Shown piece after piece: positions 62,396 through 62,970 of a DNA stretch of 62,970 nucleotides. The notes under the pieces were generated by a model that had not been told where the DNA came from, searched no databases, and was given only the letters and a program-made list of their open reading frames with translations. How positions within the stretch are numbered: the stretch's first letter is position 1; each line of letters begins with the position of its first letter. The stretch comes from Candidatus Bathyarchaeia archaeon (GTDB lineage: Archaea > Thermoproteota > Bathyarchaeia > Bathyarchaeales > Bathycorpusculaceae), in assembly GCA_050012255.1 (NCBI GenBank), contig JBEKHN010000014.1:1-62970 (forward strand). Direction: 5' to 3'. Position numbers and translations under genes: made by a program.

Positions 62396-62538
62396 CGGGC
62401 CCGCCGGAACCCATACCCAAAAGGGCTCGAGTCCATTCCTAGAAAGAGAGCAGTGCGGGGAGTGGGACCCCCACCCAAGTATACCGGTAAAAAAGCATAC
62501 TTAGTATGCTTGGTGAGAGTTCGAATCCGCGCGCGTGC
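62396..62538. other. Intergenic mosaic of short tRNA-3'-like fragments, a 19-bp hairpin and a CG motif
   Basis: 62453-62467 reverse complement = TCCCACTCCCCGCAC; AAGCATACT-T-AGTATGCTT at 62493-62511; GAGAGTTCGAATC running into CGCGCGCG. Confidence 0.45.
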
Positions 62539-62668
62539 CAGAGGCTGTGCCTACAAGAATTTTTTGCGCCCTCTTTTCGAGCAATTTGTTGGCATTTTGG
62601 TAGAATCTAGAACAGGAAGATGTGCGCATGCAAAAAACTTTTATCCAATCGAACACTCTTGAAAAGTG

Positions 62669-62970
62669 ATGCCGACAGTCAAGGATTTCATGACGAAGAA
62701 TGTCATAACCATCGACGCTAGCAAAACTGTTATTGAAGCCGCAGACCTAATGTCGCAAAACAACGTAGGCGATTTGGTGGTCATGGACAAAAATACGCCT
62801 GTAGGGATCGTCACTGAACGGGATCTCGTAAGGAGAGTCTTGGCGGAGAGAAAATCGCTAAACATCAAAGTTTCAGAGGTGATGACCACACCCCTCAGAG
62901 TAATCGATCCAGAAGCTCCACTAAAAGAAGCTGCCAGAAGAATGGTCAACAAAGGAATCCGACGACTTCC
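62669..62970 (+). CDS. CBS-domain protein (runs off the window end)
   Basis: VKDFMTKNVITI..AADLM..VGIVTERDL..VSEVMT.P. Confidence 0.9.
   Translation, partial: MPTVKDFMTKNVITIDASKTVIEAADLMSQNNVGDLVVMDKNTPVGIVTERDLVRRVLAERKSLNIKVSEVMTTPLRVIDPEAPLKEAARRMVNKGIRRL

Larger units (their letters stand above)
12059..62538. repeat. Dispersed intergenic (GC)n-TA(A/G) motif, about 30 copies including variants
   Basis: Copies at 12059, 12425, 13181, 13919, 14645, 16990, 17094, 18766, 18880, 18980, 20909, 22078, 22678, 29335, 31221, 31994, 34939, 38062, 39869, 40096, 41636, 45897, 46700, 48284, 49435, 50634, 52534, 56217, 62371, 62528. Confidence 0.85.

Noticed and set aside
1020-62952. Numerous 60-170 aa antisense or overlapping ORFs in the ORF track
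   Set aside because: Shadows of longer well-supported genes, with no recognisable motifs
1-62970. CRISPR array or cas genes
   Set aside because: No regularly spaced 25-40 bp repeats with unique spacers; the 13-bp tandem repeat has no spacers
1-62970. Intact IS, provirus or integrase
   Set aside because: No transposase, recombinase or virion protein motifs recognised; any enzyme acting on the repeats must be encoded elsewhere

Overview
Archaeal chromosomal segment. Gene content and style (archaeal nurA-herA-mre11-rad50, TrmB, REC-multi-PAS kinases, TTG/GTG/CTG starts) suggest Bathyarchaeia or a related TACK lineage; this is an inference. The left ~22 kb is a defence island: a BREX-like core (3'-truncated Eco57I/PglX-like adenine methyltransferase, 1367-aa BrxC-like ATPase, PglZ, protease-less BrxL), then single-gene modules including three putative DNA glycosylases, a purB plus HTH block between tRNA-3'-end-like repeats, an RNase J-like gene with an in-frame TGA, decayed AbiE-type toxin-antitoxin loci and a Fic/Doc gene. 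Next come a nurA-herA-mre11-rad50 operon, a C39 peptidase plus unknown gene pair, aqpZ, many small accessory genes (GNATs, SnoaL/NTF2, YdhR, MFS, FIST, EamA), two two-component modules, a Cys-rich TrmB / CMD-like / arsM locus, znuCB, an orphan methyltransferase and a dTDP-sugar (rfb) operon. The most striking unexplained signal is a short directional motif, (GC)3-5-TA(A/G), found about 30 times including variants. It sits almost always at junctions between gene modules, not inside operons, and sometimes exactly where a gene is broken, which suggests an undescribed recombination or gene-capture signal. No CRISPR array, full tRNA/rRNA, integrase or transposase was recognised. All family calls come from motifs read by eye, not database searches.
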